A stretch of 64,000 nucleotides of DNA from the NCBI GenBank assembly GCA_040954595.2, contig CM082598.2, positions 3,293,154-3,357,153 on the forward strand, read 5' to 3'. Below are positions 1-20,283 of the stretch, one piece after another. The translations under genes were made by a program, and so were the position numbers. Source of the stretch: Balanoglossus misakiensis. Lineage: Eukaryota > Animalia > Hemichordata. The notes below the pieces were generated by a model. That model saw only the letters and a list, made by a program, of their open reading frames with translations. It had not been told where the DNA came from and searched no databases. How positions within the stretch are numbered: position 1 is the first letter of the stretch; each line of letters opens with the position of its first letter.

Positions 1-2
1 AG

Positions 3-1277
3 ACGGACAACGCGAGAGCGCCGAGCGAGACTTCGATGCGGGAGCTGGGTCACCTGACAGAGGGCGAAGACGACGACGCCGGCGGAAGTGTCGTCATCGA
101 AAGCCCGCCGCCGTCGGTGGCTTCCGCTGCGAAGGAAGAAAACGAGACGGTACAAGAAGACGAAAAAAGCGTCGGTACCCAATACACCGAAACTGATTTC
201 CAACATGGAAGCGACGATGGGGAGGAACTCATTCCACAAAACGCGGAAAATGAAAAATCACCGGGATCCCCGGATGTTGAAATTCAACCAAGAGACACTT
301 CTCGACCAGAATCTTTAACGAAGACAGCCGACGATATTCAACATTCGAAAAACGACGGCGGTGAAGTAAAAGATAGTCTGAACGAAAGCGAAATTTCTGA
401 CAAGATCAATCCACCGTGTTCTCCGACCAAAAGCGAACAAGTACGGTTAGAATCTGTGGCATCGTCGAGAGTTGACGATGAAAACGTGAGCGTGTGGAAA
501 GCTGCGACGCCGTCAGCGAGATTGTCTCCCATATGCCCGGACGATATTGATATTTCTGAATCTGACAATAAAGTGGAAAACGCCGGAGATGGCGCTCCTG
601 AAGACGCAAACGCGCAACGAGAAGACGCGCATGTGCGACGAACGGGGAGTAAAAACGCGTCACCGGTTCAAAGCGAGACCGAGCAAGAGAATGACGAGCA
701 AAATAGGCCTAACTCCCCCCAGAGCAAAGCCGAAGTACCCAACAGCGCCAAGTCGCAAAGCGGAAAACAACAAAAACACGAACAAAGAACTTCCCTGAGA
801 CGTCCGCGCAGTCTTCCAAACATGCAAGACAAACCGCTTGACGAGACGGCAACGAAATCAAAATCATCCCCAAGCGTCACACCGAGGAAGGCCGAGGCAG
901 CAGGAAAGACCAACGGGGTGACTGTTGTCAACGGACCTTTCGTCTTTCTCCCCGTGTCTTTAAAATCGATAGGCAACATCAACGAGCTCTCCAAACGCGT
1001 TACTGTCATCGACACGGAACAGTACGATAAATTCCGAAACGAACGCGTGTACAACGAACGAGAAAACGGCGAGACCTCGGACGAGGACCTGGCCGAGCCT
1101 GCGAACGACGACGGCGTGGAAATCGTCCACTCGCGCGCCCCCATCGCCAACCCCGAGAGTACTAAAATGATGAGGAGGGACGTGAGAACAGTTCCCGACA
1201 AGAAACTCGTGAAAAGCACGCTGGGCGATCGCCCCCGAGCTGCCAACTTGAAGGCCCGGGGAGTAGATCAGAAATAA
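3..1277 (+). CDS. 3'-terminal coding exon of an unidentified protein; acidic/Ser/Pro-rich, probably intrinsically disordered; 5'-truncated by the window edge
   Basis: Frame is open from base 3 through the 413-aa ORF to TAA at 1277. GC-rich coding-like composition drops sharply to AT-rich sequence with AATAAA at ~1538, ~1550 and ~1694. No domain recognised. Confidence 0.7.
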   Translation, partial: TDNARAPSETSMRELGHLTEGEDDDAGGSVVIESPPPSVASAAKEENETVQEDEKSVGTQYTETDFQHGSDDGEELIPQNAENEKSPGSPDVEIQPRDTSRPESLTKTADDIQHSKNDGGEVKDSLNESEISDKINPPCSPTKSEQVRLESVASSRVDDENVSVWKAATPSARLSPICPDDIDISESDNKVENAGDGAPEDANAQREDAHVRRTGSKNASPVQSETEQENDEQNRPNSPQSKAEVPNSAKSQSGKQQKHEQRTSLRRPRSLPNMQDKPLDETATKSKSSPSVTPRKAEAAGKTNGVTVVNGPFVFLPVSLKSIGNINELSKRVTVIDTEQYDKFRNERVYNERENGETSDEDLAEPANDDGVEIVHSRAPIANPESTKMMRRDVRTVPDKKLVKSTLGDRPRAANLKARGVDQK

Positions 1278-2112
1278 TCCCGAACACACATGGAAGTCGC
1301 CCGTAGTGGTTGGATTGTACGCGTATGTACAAAGCAATTCATCTGATTAAAATCAGATGTAGGGTAAAGCTCATTATTTTACTAGCTGCTATGGAAGCGA
1401 AAAGTGATAGAATGGAAAGGTTTATTTCACCCCTGACAAAATACTTACACAGCAAGGGAGAAATTGAAACAGTGAAGACATATGGTGGGGACAATGAACA
1501 ATGGTTCAGCAAAATTAATCACCGTTTACAGCCAAAAAAATAAATATGTGAATAAATTATGGTATACAATAAAATTAAAAATATTACAAAATCAGAATTA
1601 AATATAAGTGAAAACCAAATTATGGAACATGTGTGAAATGGCAACAACATAAATTGTTAAACACTTTACGCAATTCCAACAGGAATATAAAAAGAATAAA
1701 AATAAATATGTTGCATAGTAATATTGAAATCTCACTGGTATATTCTTATAGTTCGCGCTGTTTTAATATAAGGCGATTGCTGCCGTCAGCAATCCTCCCA
1801 AGTGTTTGAATTCCCATTGTCTTAAATAGGTTTTTGCTACCTGGTAGAGTGATGAAAATCTCATCATTTTCAAGATGGCCGATTTTTGTCATGTTTAAGA
1901 AATGGACTAAAGTGATGTCTATAGGTCGTTCTGAAATTTTGTAGCGGAAAAAATACAAGGACAGAATGTTTTTACCAAAGGAAGTCGTGAAATACAATAA
2001 ACATATCATATATTCAAACTCTTACAACAGTGAGTTGTCGACAATGTTACCCTTCATGCAATTATTGGGCCTATAATGTGATTTGATCCCCCTCCCCCAG
2101 TACGGATCAAAG

Positions 2113-4494
2113 TTAGTTCAGGACATCACGGAACTCACAGCTACTCACTATGACGTCACGGAAAATACTTTGAACAGACAGCGATGTGTCCGGGTGTTGG
2201 AAACTGACTGTTAGATTCTGCGTGTGTCTCGGGAGGCAGGCGCGATCGTGACAGCTTTCAGAAGAGCGCAGAGGTACCTGGGACACGGGGACGACATAAC
2301 AGATCTTTGTTTGGAACTGCAGAGGGCGCATTACCTTGCCATACCTGGCTGGAAAGACCGACGAGGTGTCCAAAGTCAGCGGGCTGCTAGCGCGGCACAC
2401 ACACCAGTCCGAAGCTGCCGGCGCAACGTCGGTTCCACGGACCTTTTCAATTTCCCTCAACTGCCTTGACTGTCTCACCACCATCAATACCTAGAATATA
2501 ATGTAAAAAATGAGGTCTGTTTTATACCAAGTGGCATAAGAAATACAATGCCCACGTGCTTCATGTCGCTCCACATTTTTCCTGAATAAATATAAACAGA
2601 TGATGTAATCAGTTTTCCAATCTTGAGTCGATTGGCAGTGCATGTATTAGCTCTCGGTAGACACACATGCAATCAGACAATAAGCCTGCATGGACGACGA
2701 GAGGGGCTGTGAGAGAGTCTAGCATTAGCGAAGCTCTCGCTCACCTAATCACATTATGGTCAGCCAGTAACATTAGATGGGTGTGATAAGAAGAACGATC
2801 AAAGTGAGGTGTACGTATGATGTTATGCTGCCCTCGGCGGTGGCACTCCAAAGAAAACTTAGGCATCCCCGAGTTACCCTTTTTGTGAAATATGGCAGAA
2901 AACTTGACCAGAAACACCCACATTTACAGAATTGAAACGAGAAAAACGATTCATTGTGAGTTTGGAGAACTCCATAGGTTATCTAATGCTTTTACTGGCC
3001 AGGACTTTCGACGAGCCCAAATGATGAACAAGGAACACCTCATTTTGCGTGGTTTGGGAACGCGCACGTGTAGCCATCTTCATTGAGAATGCCACCACAC
3101 GATGCTTGTTGAACCCCCAATCTTTATCTGACGATAACCAGTTCAATTATTAAGCTTACCTTCCCGCCAAGTAACATTTTAGGGCTTCCGTCCCCACAAG
3201 TAACTCTGCCGCTGACTTGAACGGTTATGTTGATGTCTGCTCGCTGGTCACACGACAATCGGCCGATGTCCCCTGACAGGTTGACTACCATCCAACCACG
3301 TCGTAAAGTACCCGGATTGACGCGGATATATCGATGCGATTGAAAGCTGCGGTTGTGCGTGTCCGTATTTTTTCGGGTGACTTTGATTTTCACTTTGTCG
3401 GCCAAGTCAGTTATGTTCAAGGCAAGACTCAGAGAAAATCTTCCTCTTTCAAACCGATTAGAGTCAGTTACGAAAGGAAAGTGTGCCTTGTTATCGTTCA
3501 TAGCGTCTGGTACTGTAAAGAAAACAAAATAAAACATCTTTTATTATTTTTTAACGTTTACACAGAATTCATTGTTTGAAACACTGCTATAACCAGAAAT
3601 GGACTATTGGCTAAGGGGAGAATCGTTTGATTTATGGGGGTGGAGAATGTTGACATTTTTTCAGCCACTGTGACAGCAGTTTTTTCGATTGCCAATCCAC
3701 GTACGCGTCCCCCCTAAACACAGTCCCTCAATCACGGCTACACAACATTCAGGGCTGCACGACAACGCACACAAGAAATTTATCGCCGCGCCGCATTAAC
3801 AGTGCGATGAAGCTTGACTGTGGTGTTGAAAGCTTTCTATTGTTCACTGTACAATAAATAATCTACTAAAGATTCGGCCTTCACCCTATTCAAAAGGTCA
3901 TCTCTGCGAATAAAGCTAACTGGCCACGATATGTATGTGTAAGGGACTGGTCAGTTTCTCCAGCTGGGGGGGGGGGGGCACGGTGGATTGATTATGGTAC
4001 ACTTGACAGCGGAGAAAAACGTTAATGGCAATCAACAAGAACTGAATTTGAAGCAAAAAGAGATTATAGGTTCATTTACCCATAGTGGTCTCTTGAACGA
4101 TTCGGTAACCACTTTCTTGAACATCGCTCACATGGGTACCGCCGTCTTGTGCAGTGATGGAGGGATCCTTGATGTTATCTGCAGTCGCCCCGGTCTGGAC
4201 CTGTTGTGCGGGTTGTGATTGGAGAAGGTGCCTCATCAGCAGTCTCGCCGTTTCTTTGTCCGACTTGACGAGACGACAGGCTCTGCTCGGTGCATCAAGG
4301 CTCCGGACCACCCTTCCGTTGACGTCGAAATGCCCGAAGGATCGCGCAACTTCGTCGTCTTCGGCCAATCCTGGTCGGTTGAAGCGCTCACCTGCAACGA
4401 GTGAGCGACGCGCACGGTGGATGCAGCTTGCCATGGCAACTAAAACCAGAAAATGCAAAATCGATTGAGAGCGAATGATCTTACATGAAGTCAT
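2113..4494 (-). CDS. Divergent TGF-beta superfamily-like secreted precursor, 3 exons (4494-4080, 3512-3160, 2490-2113)
   Basis: ATG at 4494 with a hydrophobic stretch (ILHFLVLVAMAS); GT-AG introns join in consistent phases (1, then 0). Prodomain-like motif RRGWMVVNLS; RxxR sites (RQSRQLR) precede a C-terminal domain C-V-C...KVMRPLQFQTKIC...ACLPRHTQNLTVSF...FRDVIVSSCEF that follows the TGF-beta mature-domain pattern. Confidence 0.7.
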
Positions 4495-5002
4495 TTCGTT
4501 TTGGAACAAGGGCTTATCTTCATGAATCTATAATCTCGTTTGTTCAGACTTCACAAATGCGCAGCCTACTCTAGAATAATACACCACAGCTTCCTAAAAC
4601 GGGCTATTTATACCATCGGGATGGAGCTGATCATAGCGGTAACCAAGATTCAAAATAAACTTTCCAACCCACGCTCACAATAAGCTCTCCCTGAACCGAA
4701 CCGTGTTGTCGATCGGACAAAAGAAAGGGTGTCCCTATTCTGTGAATGTATTAAATATCTACTCATGCGTGTCATGTTGTTGTTTACTTCGTCGCCAAGG
4801 AACCGCCCATCTATATTCCTGGAGGATGAGTCACTTGTGTCTAATGCCTTTTTACCTGCACAGTAGCAACAACAACGACACAAAATTAAATAACAGAAAG
4901 TAGTTCGGGCCACACGTTTTTGACCTTTGACATGGATTTTGTCGTTGGTGTTGATTGTATTAGTTGCGTGTATATAACTGGAACGCTATGTAGGGAAATG
5001 AC

Positions 5003-5098
5003 CCATTTCGCTCTATAGAGGCCCGACATATCATACAAAACAATGGAGTTGGGTCAACCATGGCGGTGAAAGGGTAAATCAAGGGCAATAGCTGGCAC
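5003..5098. mobile_element. Degenerate copy of the ~93-bp piggyBac-like MITE family
   Basis: Ends in CCATGGCGGTGAAAGGGTAAA and has internal similarity to the copies at 6535 and 17332. Confidence 0.5.
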
Positions 5099-5184
5099 TG
5101 ACCGGAAATTATTAAGTCGCTGTGCGGGGGCAGTCGCTCCAGGTCAACAGTGGGTCGGGTCGAACTACTTTCTTGCCAGGCCAA

Positions 5185-5340
5185 TAGGATAATAGTATTG
5201 TACGTCAGAACACTTCCGACGAAAGAACGATACACCAGCTGCAAAATATTTTGACTATCAACGTGAAATGATTTAAGTTTACGAAGAATATATAGTATCT
5301 ATTGAGCTTTACATGCTTTGTAGTCTGCGTTTTCAGAAAA
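5185..5340 (-). mobile_element. Decayed non-LTR retrotransposon (LINE, L2/Rex/CR1-like) fragment from the region C-terminal to RT
   Basis: Minus strand encodes, with disruptions, YILRKLKSFHVDS..ILQLVYRSFVGSVLTY, resembling the recalled LINE ORF2 motif RLYFLRKLRSF...LFYRSVIESVLTY. Confidence 0.65.
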
Positions 5341-6534
5341 GGGGAGTTTTTCATCAATAATACACAGTGTATCATAAATACTTGAAACGTAAAACGACTT
5401 GTACATATTTGTTGTGTAGTGTGAAACCAGGGCAGATGAAGTGATCAACTAAAATTTCATTAATTTGTTTTGTTGATATTCATATGCAAAATAAAAACTG
5501 TCATGATATCATATCACCAACTGCAAAAAAAATTCTGTCACTACGTTACACCGAATGTTTTTTCGGGAAAACTAAAAAAAAGTCAGTGTTTAAGCATAAT
5601 GTACCACTGATTACAGAATTTCCAAACTATTCTCACCAAGGATACCCCTACACACAAATATAAATAAAGGTGACTCATTTCAGAATACGTGTACTTTTCT
5701 GGAACTACTAACTTCTTAGTTGGCAGCGTAAACAAACATCGTGTTGTTAGGGACTATCGGGCCACCTGGGGGACCTTAGGCTACAGCCCGGCCTTTATAC
5801 AGCTGTCGCCTGTGGTCATCCGAAACGATTGAACACCAACTATCCACTCTATACACTGACGATTTTCGATATATTTAGCCGTATATGCAATACTCATTGT
5901 GAAGAGTGAATAGGTAAGCCCATGAGGTAACCAGTCTAGGATTAGTGATTTTTTGAGGCGTGTTTTTGGGGTTCCCCAGGGCCAAAATCCCGGAGGCAGA
6001 GATCGATCAACTCGATAGTAGGTGTTCCGGGTCATTGATCCTGACCTGTTGTCAATGCAGCTTTGTTGCTATTAAGTTGTAACCTAGCCTACTGTACTAT
6101 AACATGCTACAAAAGCTAATCACCCATATCGTTGCTTTGAACCAGAAACTGCAGTAGATGAAATGTTTTACCATATAAAGCAGAATTATTGTCTTTATTT
6201 CTCTACTTCAGTTGTGGTAAAGTCGCATGTATTGTGATATTCATAGCACATGCATACGTACCACACACACAGATTAGAAGAAAAATGATTTACACAAAAT
6301 TTGAGAATGGAAAATGCCTTTATTAGACATTTTTGATAGTGGATAAAATGCAAACACTTTTTACCACTAACAATAATTACTTACAACAAATATACACACA
6401 GAGATGAATGTTACCCACTGTTAGGGTCGCTAAACAATACAGGTATATGTACAAAATTAATAAAAGGTGAAAAAAAACACACTTGAACTTATAAAAAAAA
6501 TGACAAAATCTCTATGATGTAAAGGGACATTAAA

Positions 6535-6628
6535 TTAACCCTTTCACCCCTGTTTCCCTCATTTAGAAGTCCAACTTAACCATAGAAAACTATTGATTTG
6601 GACAAAACCATGGTGGTAAAAGGGTTAA
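6535..6628. mobile_element. ~93-bp MITE, piggyBac-like (TTAA-flanked, CCCTTT termini)
   Basis: TTAA-CCCTTTCACC ... GGTAAAAGGG-TTAA terminal inverted repeats; related copies elsewhere in the window. Confidence 0.7.
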
Positions 6629-7507
6629 ATTTTGGTTGCACTCCGCATGCCAACCATTGTTTCTTGGTCAATTTCATACAGCATGCAAAATGTCCAAATA
6701 TTCCACTTGCAATGTAATCACAGACAAGTAACGACTCGAAAGTCATTGAAAAAGTCGCCAAAAGTTTCATGTACAGCTCCTATCCCATTAAATAAAAATG
6801 TGAAAGTTTAACATATTTACACAACATCTTAACTAATATTATTTGCAATTTTGGAGATGTCAGTGCTTGTACTTTACATCTCTTTGAAACATCCCATTGA
6901 AAGGCTTTGGAGACTGCTCAGGCCAGGTGGGCATTATCCGACTAATCTACAGTATTAAGACAGTGGCAAAGGTCCAATTTCAAAGTAAAAGACCATTTTG
7001 GTGTTTGCAAAGATGATTTTATTTACATTTTGTGGAACTGGATTTGCATGAAGGCTTAATGTGCAAGTGATGTGTAGGACACATTGTATGCTTTTAAATG
7101 TACATGTACGACCATCTTTTTTGTCCAAAAGTTTTGTAGTTGTCAAAACTGTTCATGCATATTTATGATTTCCAGTCATCAGCACCAGAAGAGGCAAGTT
7201 TGTTTTACACAGTTGTAAGTTGTAAACTATTTTTTCTGTCTCTAAGGAACACAAAGTGGATGAGGACAAATCATGGTGGATTTGCAAGACTAAAACATAA
7301 ATCTGTCAGATACTGTCATTTCGAACAATTGGACACTATGATCTGTAACATCTGCGACTTGCTGATGCTGGCTGTAACTATACTCAGGTAACTAGAAACA
7401 TGTAAAATCCTATGCTTACGTACATATTACTTAATCAGGTATTTTTTTATCATACATACAGACCTTTCGATTTATAGAAGAGGCTAGGGGAAAGTTGGGG
7501 AATGAAA

Positions 7508-16089
<8,582 letters not shown>

Positions 16090-16355
16090 CTTCGGTTTAT
16101 AATTGATCGTAGAATTATGTAAGCGTTTTCGATCGCAAGGGCAAAAACAGAAATTATCACTGTCAAATTCACTCTATCCAAATGGTGGCCGCCATCTTGT
16201 CAAAATATTTATCAAAGAGCATGCTGGGATTTCAGGCAAGTCTCATCTACGGCAAACGGGATAAAACGAGAGTTAAAAGTTTATCTTTGACCTTTCGTTG
16301 TTGGCTGTCTGCAAGGAGTTGAAATACCTCTGCTTAAAATCGTGAGAACTAGAAG
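16090..16355. promoter_or_regulatory. Probable bidirectional promoter KIFAP3/NTMT1 with YY1-type motif
   Basis: Genes are divergent; GCCGCCATCTTG (YY1 consensus) at 16188-16199; a possible NTMT1 5'UTR donor AAG|GTATT at 16356 pairs with acceptor TTTCCAG at 17049. Confidence 0.55.
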
Positions 16356-17054
16356 GTATTTTTTATTGATTGATAAGTGAGGGAGTTCTAGACAATAAGT
16401 TGGGGGGGGGGGGGGGTGTCGAGTTGACCCTCGCCCCACGTGGGTCAGGTATTAACACCCCCCCCCCCCCCTTTACACTTACATCTAGAAGCACACATAT
16501 TAGCTAGGGGGTAGCCAGAGTGTATACCCCTATCCAAAATTAATGAGTCCAGTATCTCCAGTAGTGTACACTGACATAGCTGTGGTATGCAGCTGTACCG
16601 TTGGGGGGGGGGGGGGGGGAGGTGCTGATAATCAGAATTTAATGAATATCATTAATCTTCCCAACATTAACATTTTAGGTCTTGTCATCAACCAGCTGTT
16701 GACCCCTGCCATATCACAAATGTACAGAGCGTAGGACCGCTTGTGGTTGCTCCTGTTTTCATCAATTCTGGTTCAAAGCCCATCAGTTGGAATACAGATC
16801 AGAAAAACTGAATGTAATGTTAGACCAGCTGTTCCCTGAAGATACGGACACCCAAGCAAAAGGTAACATGGTTTCTCCGAGTTGATGAAATATATGCTGA
16901 AATATATTTACCCCCCCCCCCCCCCCCCATTTTCTGTATTAAGGGCCAGCATCGCCATTGAACACAATGTAGTTGGACTAAACCATGGTAGTTAAAGGTA
17001 AAAACATATAGCATACATGTACAACAGTAAATATTTGTTTAATTTCCAGACACC

Positions 17055-17989
17055 ATGGCTGATGCAAGATTGGCGATGTCAAAGGAAGGATTTTACGACA
17101 AAGCAGAAGGCTACTGGAAGAATATCCCCGCAACTGTTGACGGGATGCTAGGGGGCTTTTCTCACATATCTGACATCGATGTAGCTGGTTCCCAGAAATT
17201 TCTAAACCAAGTTCTGGTGAGTAAAGTCAATTCACCAATTGTCTGGAACCTCGCATTTCTTTTTGTGGCCCTGCGAAATGTGTAGTTGTGTTACTGTTAT
17301 TGAGCCTGGACATGATAGCTTATATGTTGCATTAACCCTTTCTCCCCTGTTCCCCTTTTTAGAGGTCCAACCGTACCATAGAAAACAAAGGGTTTGGACT
17401 GAGCCATTGTGATGAAAGGATTAAAATCATTGCATGTTATTTCTCCCTTCAGGAACAGGAGAAGAGCGAGAAACCAAGACTCTTCCGTGCGCTGGACTGT
17501 GGGGCCGGAATCGGGAGAGTGTCCAAACACTTCCTCTTGAAGAACTTCCAGCACGTGGATCTCCTGGAGCTGACCCAATCCTTCCTGGATAAAGCCAAGA
17601 CGGAATACCTGGGCGGAGACGCAGACCGAGTGGAAAAGTACATTTGCATGGGACTCCAACATTTCATTCCCGAGCCCAAGCGCTACAACGTCGTTTGGTG
17701 CCAGTGGGTAATGGGTCATCTTAACGACGACCACTTTGTGCGATTCTTGAAAAGGTGTAAAGACGGCCTCACCGAGAGGGGTCTCGTCTTTATCAAGGAG
17801 AACACCACCGACGGCATTGACCTTGACACTGAGGACAGCAGCGTGACCCGATCAGATAAACTCTTACGGAGAATATTTCGCAAGGCGGGATTTATAATTA
17901 TAAAAGATACTGTGCAGACGGACTTCCCCGCTACACTGTACCCAGTGAAAATGTATGCACTGAAACCAGAGGAAGAGGCACGGTTTTAG
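17055..17989 (+). CDS. NTMT1: N-terminal Xaa-Pro-Lys N-methyltransferase 1 (METTL11A family), 2 coding exons (17055-17216, 17453-17989)
   Basis: FYDKAEGYWKNIPATVDGMLGGF, ALDCGAGIGRVSK (SAM motif I), WCQWVMGHLND, IKEN, DSSVTR, LYPVKMYAL; phase-0 GT-AG intron. Confidence 0.96.
17332..17424. mobile_element. ~93-bp piggyBac-like MITE in the NTMT1 intron
   Basis: TTAA-CCCTTTCTCCCCTG ... GATGAAAGGA-TTAA; colinear with 6535-6628. Confidence 0.7.
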
Positions 17990-18274
17990 TTCTTTTGTGC
18001 GTTTATGTGTCACAATAAACAGAGCTGTCACTCAGCAAAAGTTGTATACATTCAGCATCTTGTTTTCTTTCTATACAAATGACACGAGACAGCTATAATA
18101 TGAACATTTAAAACTATGCAACTTCTATTGCAAATTGTATAATTCAGAGGCAATGAGAATAAATTAAATATCCGGTGAAAAGTAACTTATAAAATATATA
18201 GTGTTGATTTCATCTTGTGAAATACGACATGGATATGCGCCCGCAACGGACAGTGCGAAAAACCCTTCAAAGTT

Positions 18275-18370
18275 GGAGAAACGGAACAGCGAACAACCTA
18301 ACAAGGAGAAACGTAACAGCGAACAACCTAACAAGGAGAAACGGAATAGCGAACAACCTAACAAGGGGAA
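18275..18370. repeat. 30-bp tandem repeat, about 3.2 copies
   Basis: GGAGAAACGGAACAGCGAACAACCTAACAA at 18275, 18305 and 18335. Confidence 0.95.
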
Positions 18371-18520
18371 GGTATCTTCAAACAAATCGCTTTCATTTCG
18401 AGAATCAGGAAATTATTCGCTAGAGAAGGGGGAAGGTTGGCTGAAGGACGTTAATTTCACCCTGCCATACCGGCGTATTCGTTTGTTGCAGTAAATGTCA
18501 CCCGACTTTACTAAGTAAGA

Positions 18521-19384
18521 ATGGAGACCGTGACGGAGAATCTACCGAGAGCGAAACATTTCTTGCCGAAGGCAAGGGCTGACCGGTTTGCTTTTACTTT
18601 TACTGTGCTCATGTTGGTAGTGATATGTTTATTCGAGGCTTTGGTAATCTTGCCAGACATTTATCCTAACTTCGGCACCATGTACTTTGTGTATATAGCC
18701 ATCGGCGCCTTTCTGTACATGAACACCATGGGCAACCTGGTGATGATGATGTATGTGGATGTCACTTCAGGAAGTACGGTGCTGCCGTCGATTCTGAAAC
18801 CGGGGTGGCGGTATTGCCCCATGTGTCTGCAGAACTCCCCGCCGCGTTCATTCCATTGCTTCGATTGCAACATCTGTATTCTGAAACGCGACCACCACTG
18901 CGTGTTCGCCGGTAAATGCGTCGGCTTTTACAACCAGCGGTTCTACCTGATGACCCTGGTGTATCTATTCCTGGGAGCCCTGTACGCCAACTACCTGAAT
19001 TTCGACCATGCCTGGGCGCTGCTGGGAGGTCTGAACTGGAGATCGTTTCTGACCATGATTCTGCCTTTCCTGGCCTGGGTTCTCGGCTTCACAGAGAAGT
19101 TCACGTTCATGATGTCGTTCCTGTGCGGGACCAGCATCTTCGCCGGACTGTTTTTCACCGTACTGCTCTACTGGCACGGGGCGCTCATCCTCAGCGGACA
19201 GACCACTCACGAGAAGCGAATGCGGGACAAATCATACGACTTGGGATGGAGAGAGAACTTGAAAGATGTCCTGGGGGAGAGATGGTGGCTTGTCTGGATA
19301 AGTCCTCTCATATCGTCGCCCATCCGCGGAAATGGAATAGAATTTAAGAAAGTGTCCGGGATGGAAAACATCAAGGACATGTGA
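18521..19384 (+). CDS. ZDHHC24: DHHC palmitoyltransferase, ZDHHC24-like, intronless CDS
   Basis: CPMCLQNSPPRSFHCFDCNICILKRDHHCVFAGKCVGFYNQRFY DHHC-CRD, several TM segments, GQTTHE and YDLGWRENLKDVLG motifs. Family is certain; subfamily is less so. Confidence 0.88.
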   Translation: METVTENLPRAKHFLPKARADRFAFTFTVLMLVVICLFEALVILPDIYPNFGTMYFVYIAIGAFLYMNTMGNLVMMMYVDVTSGSTVLPSILKPGWRYCPMCLQNSPPRSFHCFDCNICILKRDHHCVFAGKCVGFYNQRFYLMTLVYLFLGALYANYLNFDHAWALLGGLNWRSFLTMILPFLAWVLGFTEKFTFMMSFLCGTSIFAGLFFTVLLYWHGALILSGQTTHEKRMRDKSYDLGWRENLKDVLGERWWLVWISPLISSPIRGNGIEFKKVSGMENIKDM

Positions 19385-20199
19385 TGAAATCACAGAAATG
19401 AGATTTAAAATTATTCACTCTCAGTATCTGCAACACGAATAATTTCCAGGAAAGCCAACACATGATTGGCTGGTTTGTTTGAGACACTTATTCTGATTGG
19501 CTGAGACACTTATTCTGAGGCTTGACACCTGGATGCCAGTGTCCTGTACACATAAATGTGCCATATGTGTCAAATTGGGGTGACTTCTCACCAACATTTG
19601 ATCCAGAATCTTAATCTTGGTAGAACTGTAGAAAAATCATTTGTCACAACTCAAATCTGATTCAGTCATTGATCATGATTGCTCACTATCAGTGTAAATT
19701 TTAAGCCTCTGTTGGCAAGTTCATGTACTGTTCATTTTTCACTTTTATAAGATCTGTAGTTCTTTATTGTTTTGTGATCAAACTGGAACTTGTAGATATT
19801 TAATGATGTAAAATATAAAATATTTGCATTAAAATCACTGGTAGAACTAACCACGAATTGTCGTTTGGATTTTCTTTTCACAAAATCGTTGAGATATTGG
19901 ACGCAGAGACTACCAGACAGGCTCCAGTGGCACGCAATTTCTGAATGATTGAACAAGAAGTTCACATCAGACTCAGATTCAAGTTCACAACAATAACACC
20001 TGGTGTAAAGACAGGCAAAGCATTAAAATGACAAAGTCTCTCTCTTGCTGCCCTTTTCCCATTAATTATGTTTGATACAAAACACCATTGATGTTTGGCT
20101 ACTTTAGATTATTCATTTATTGCCTAAAATAATTCTTCATTTACTCATTAAATTCGGGGGGAGGGAGGGTCTTTTCAAAATTGCCTTAAAATTAAGACT

Positions 20200-20283
20200 T
20201 TCAAAATGGCCGCCAAATTTGAGGTTCAAAATGGCCGCCTATATCTGTGCTTAGTCTATGGCATTCAAAATGGCCGCCAAATT
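20200..20283. repeat. Three copies of TTCAAAATGGCCGCC (YY1-like motif)
   Basis: Exact copies at ~20200, 20225 and 20264. Confidence 0.75.

Noticed and set aside
2741-2923. Possible extra exon of the TGF-beta-like gene
   Set aside because: Its apparent donor is phase 2 in the open frame, while the flanking exons already join in phase 0.
4427-4440. Near-perfect RFX X-box (CTTGCCATGGCAAC)
   Set aside because: Lies within signal-peptide codons (VAMAS), so it is explained by coding sequence.
18201-18494. 97-aa ORF with EKRNSEQPNK repeats
   Set aside because: By-product of the 30-bp repeat; non-ATG start; open in several frames.
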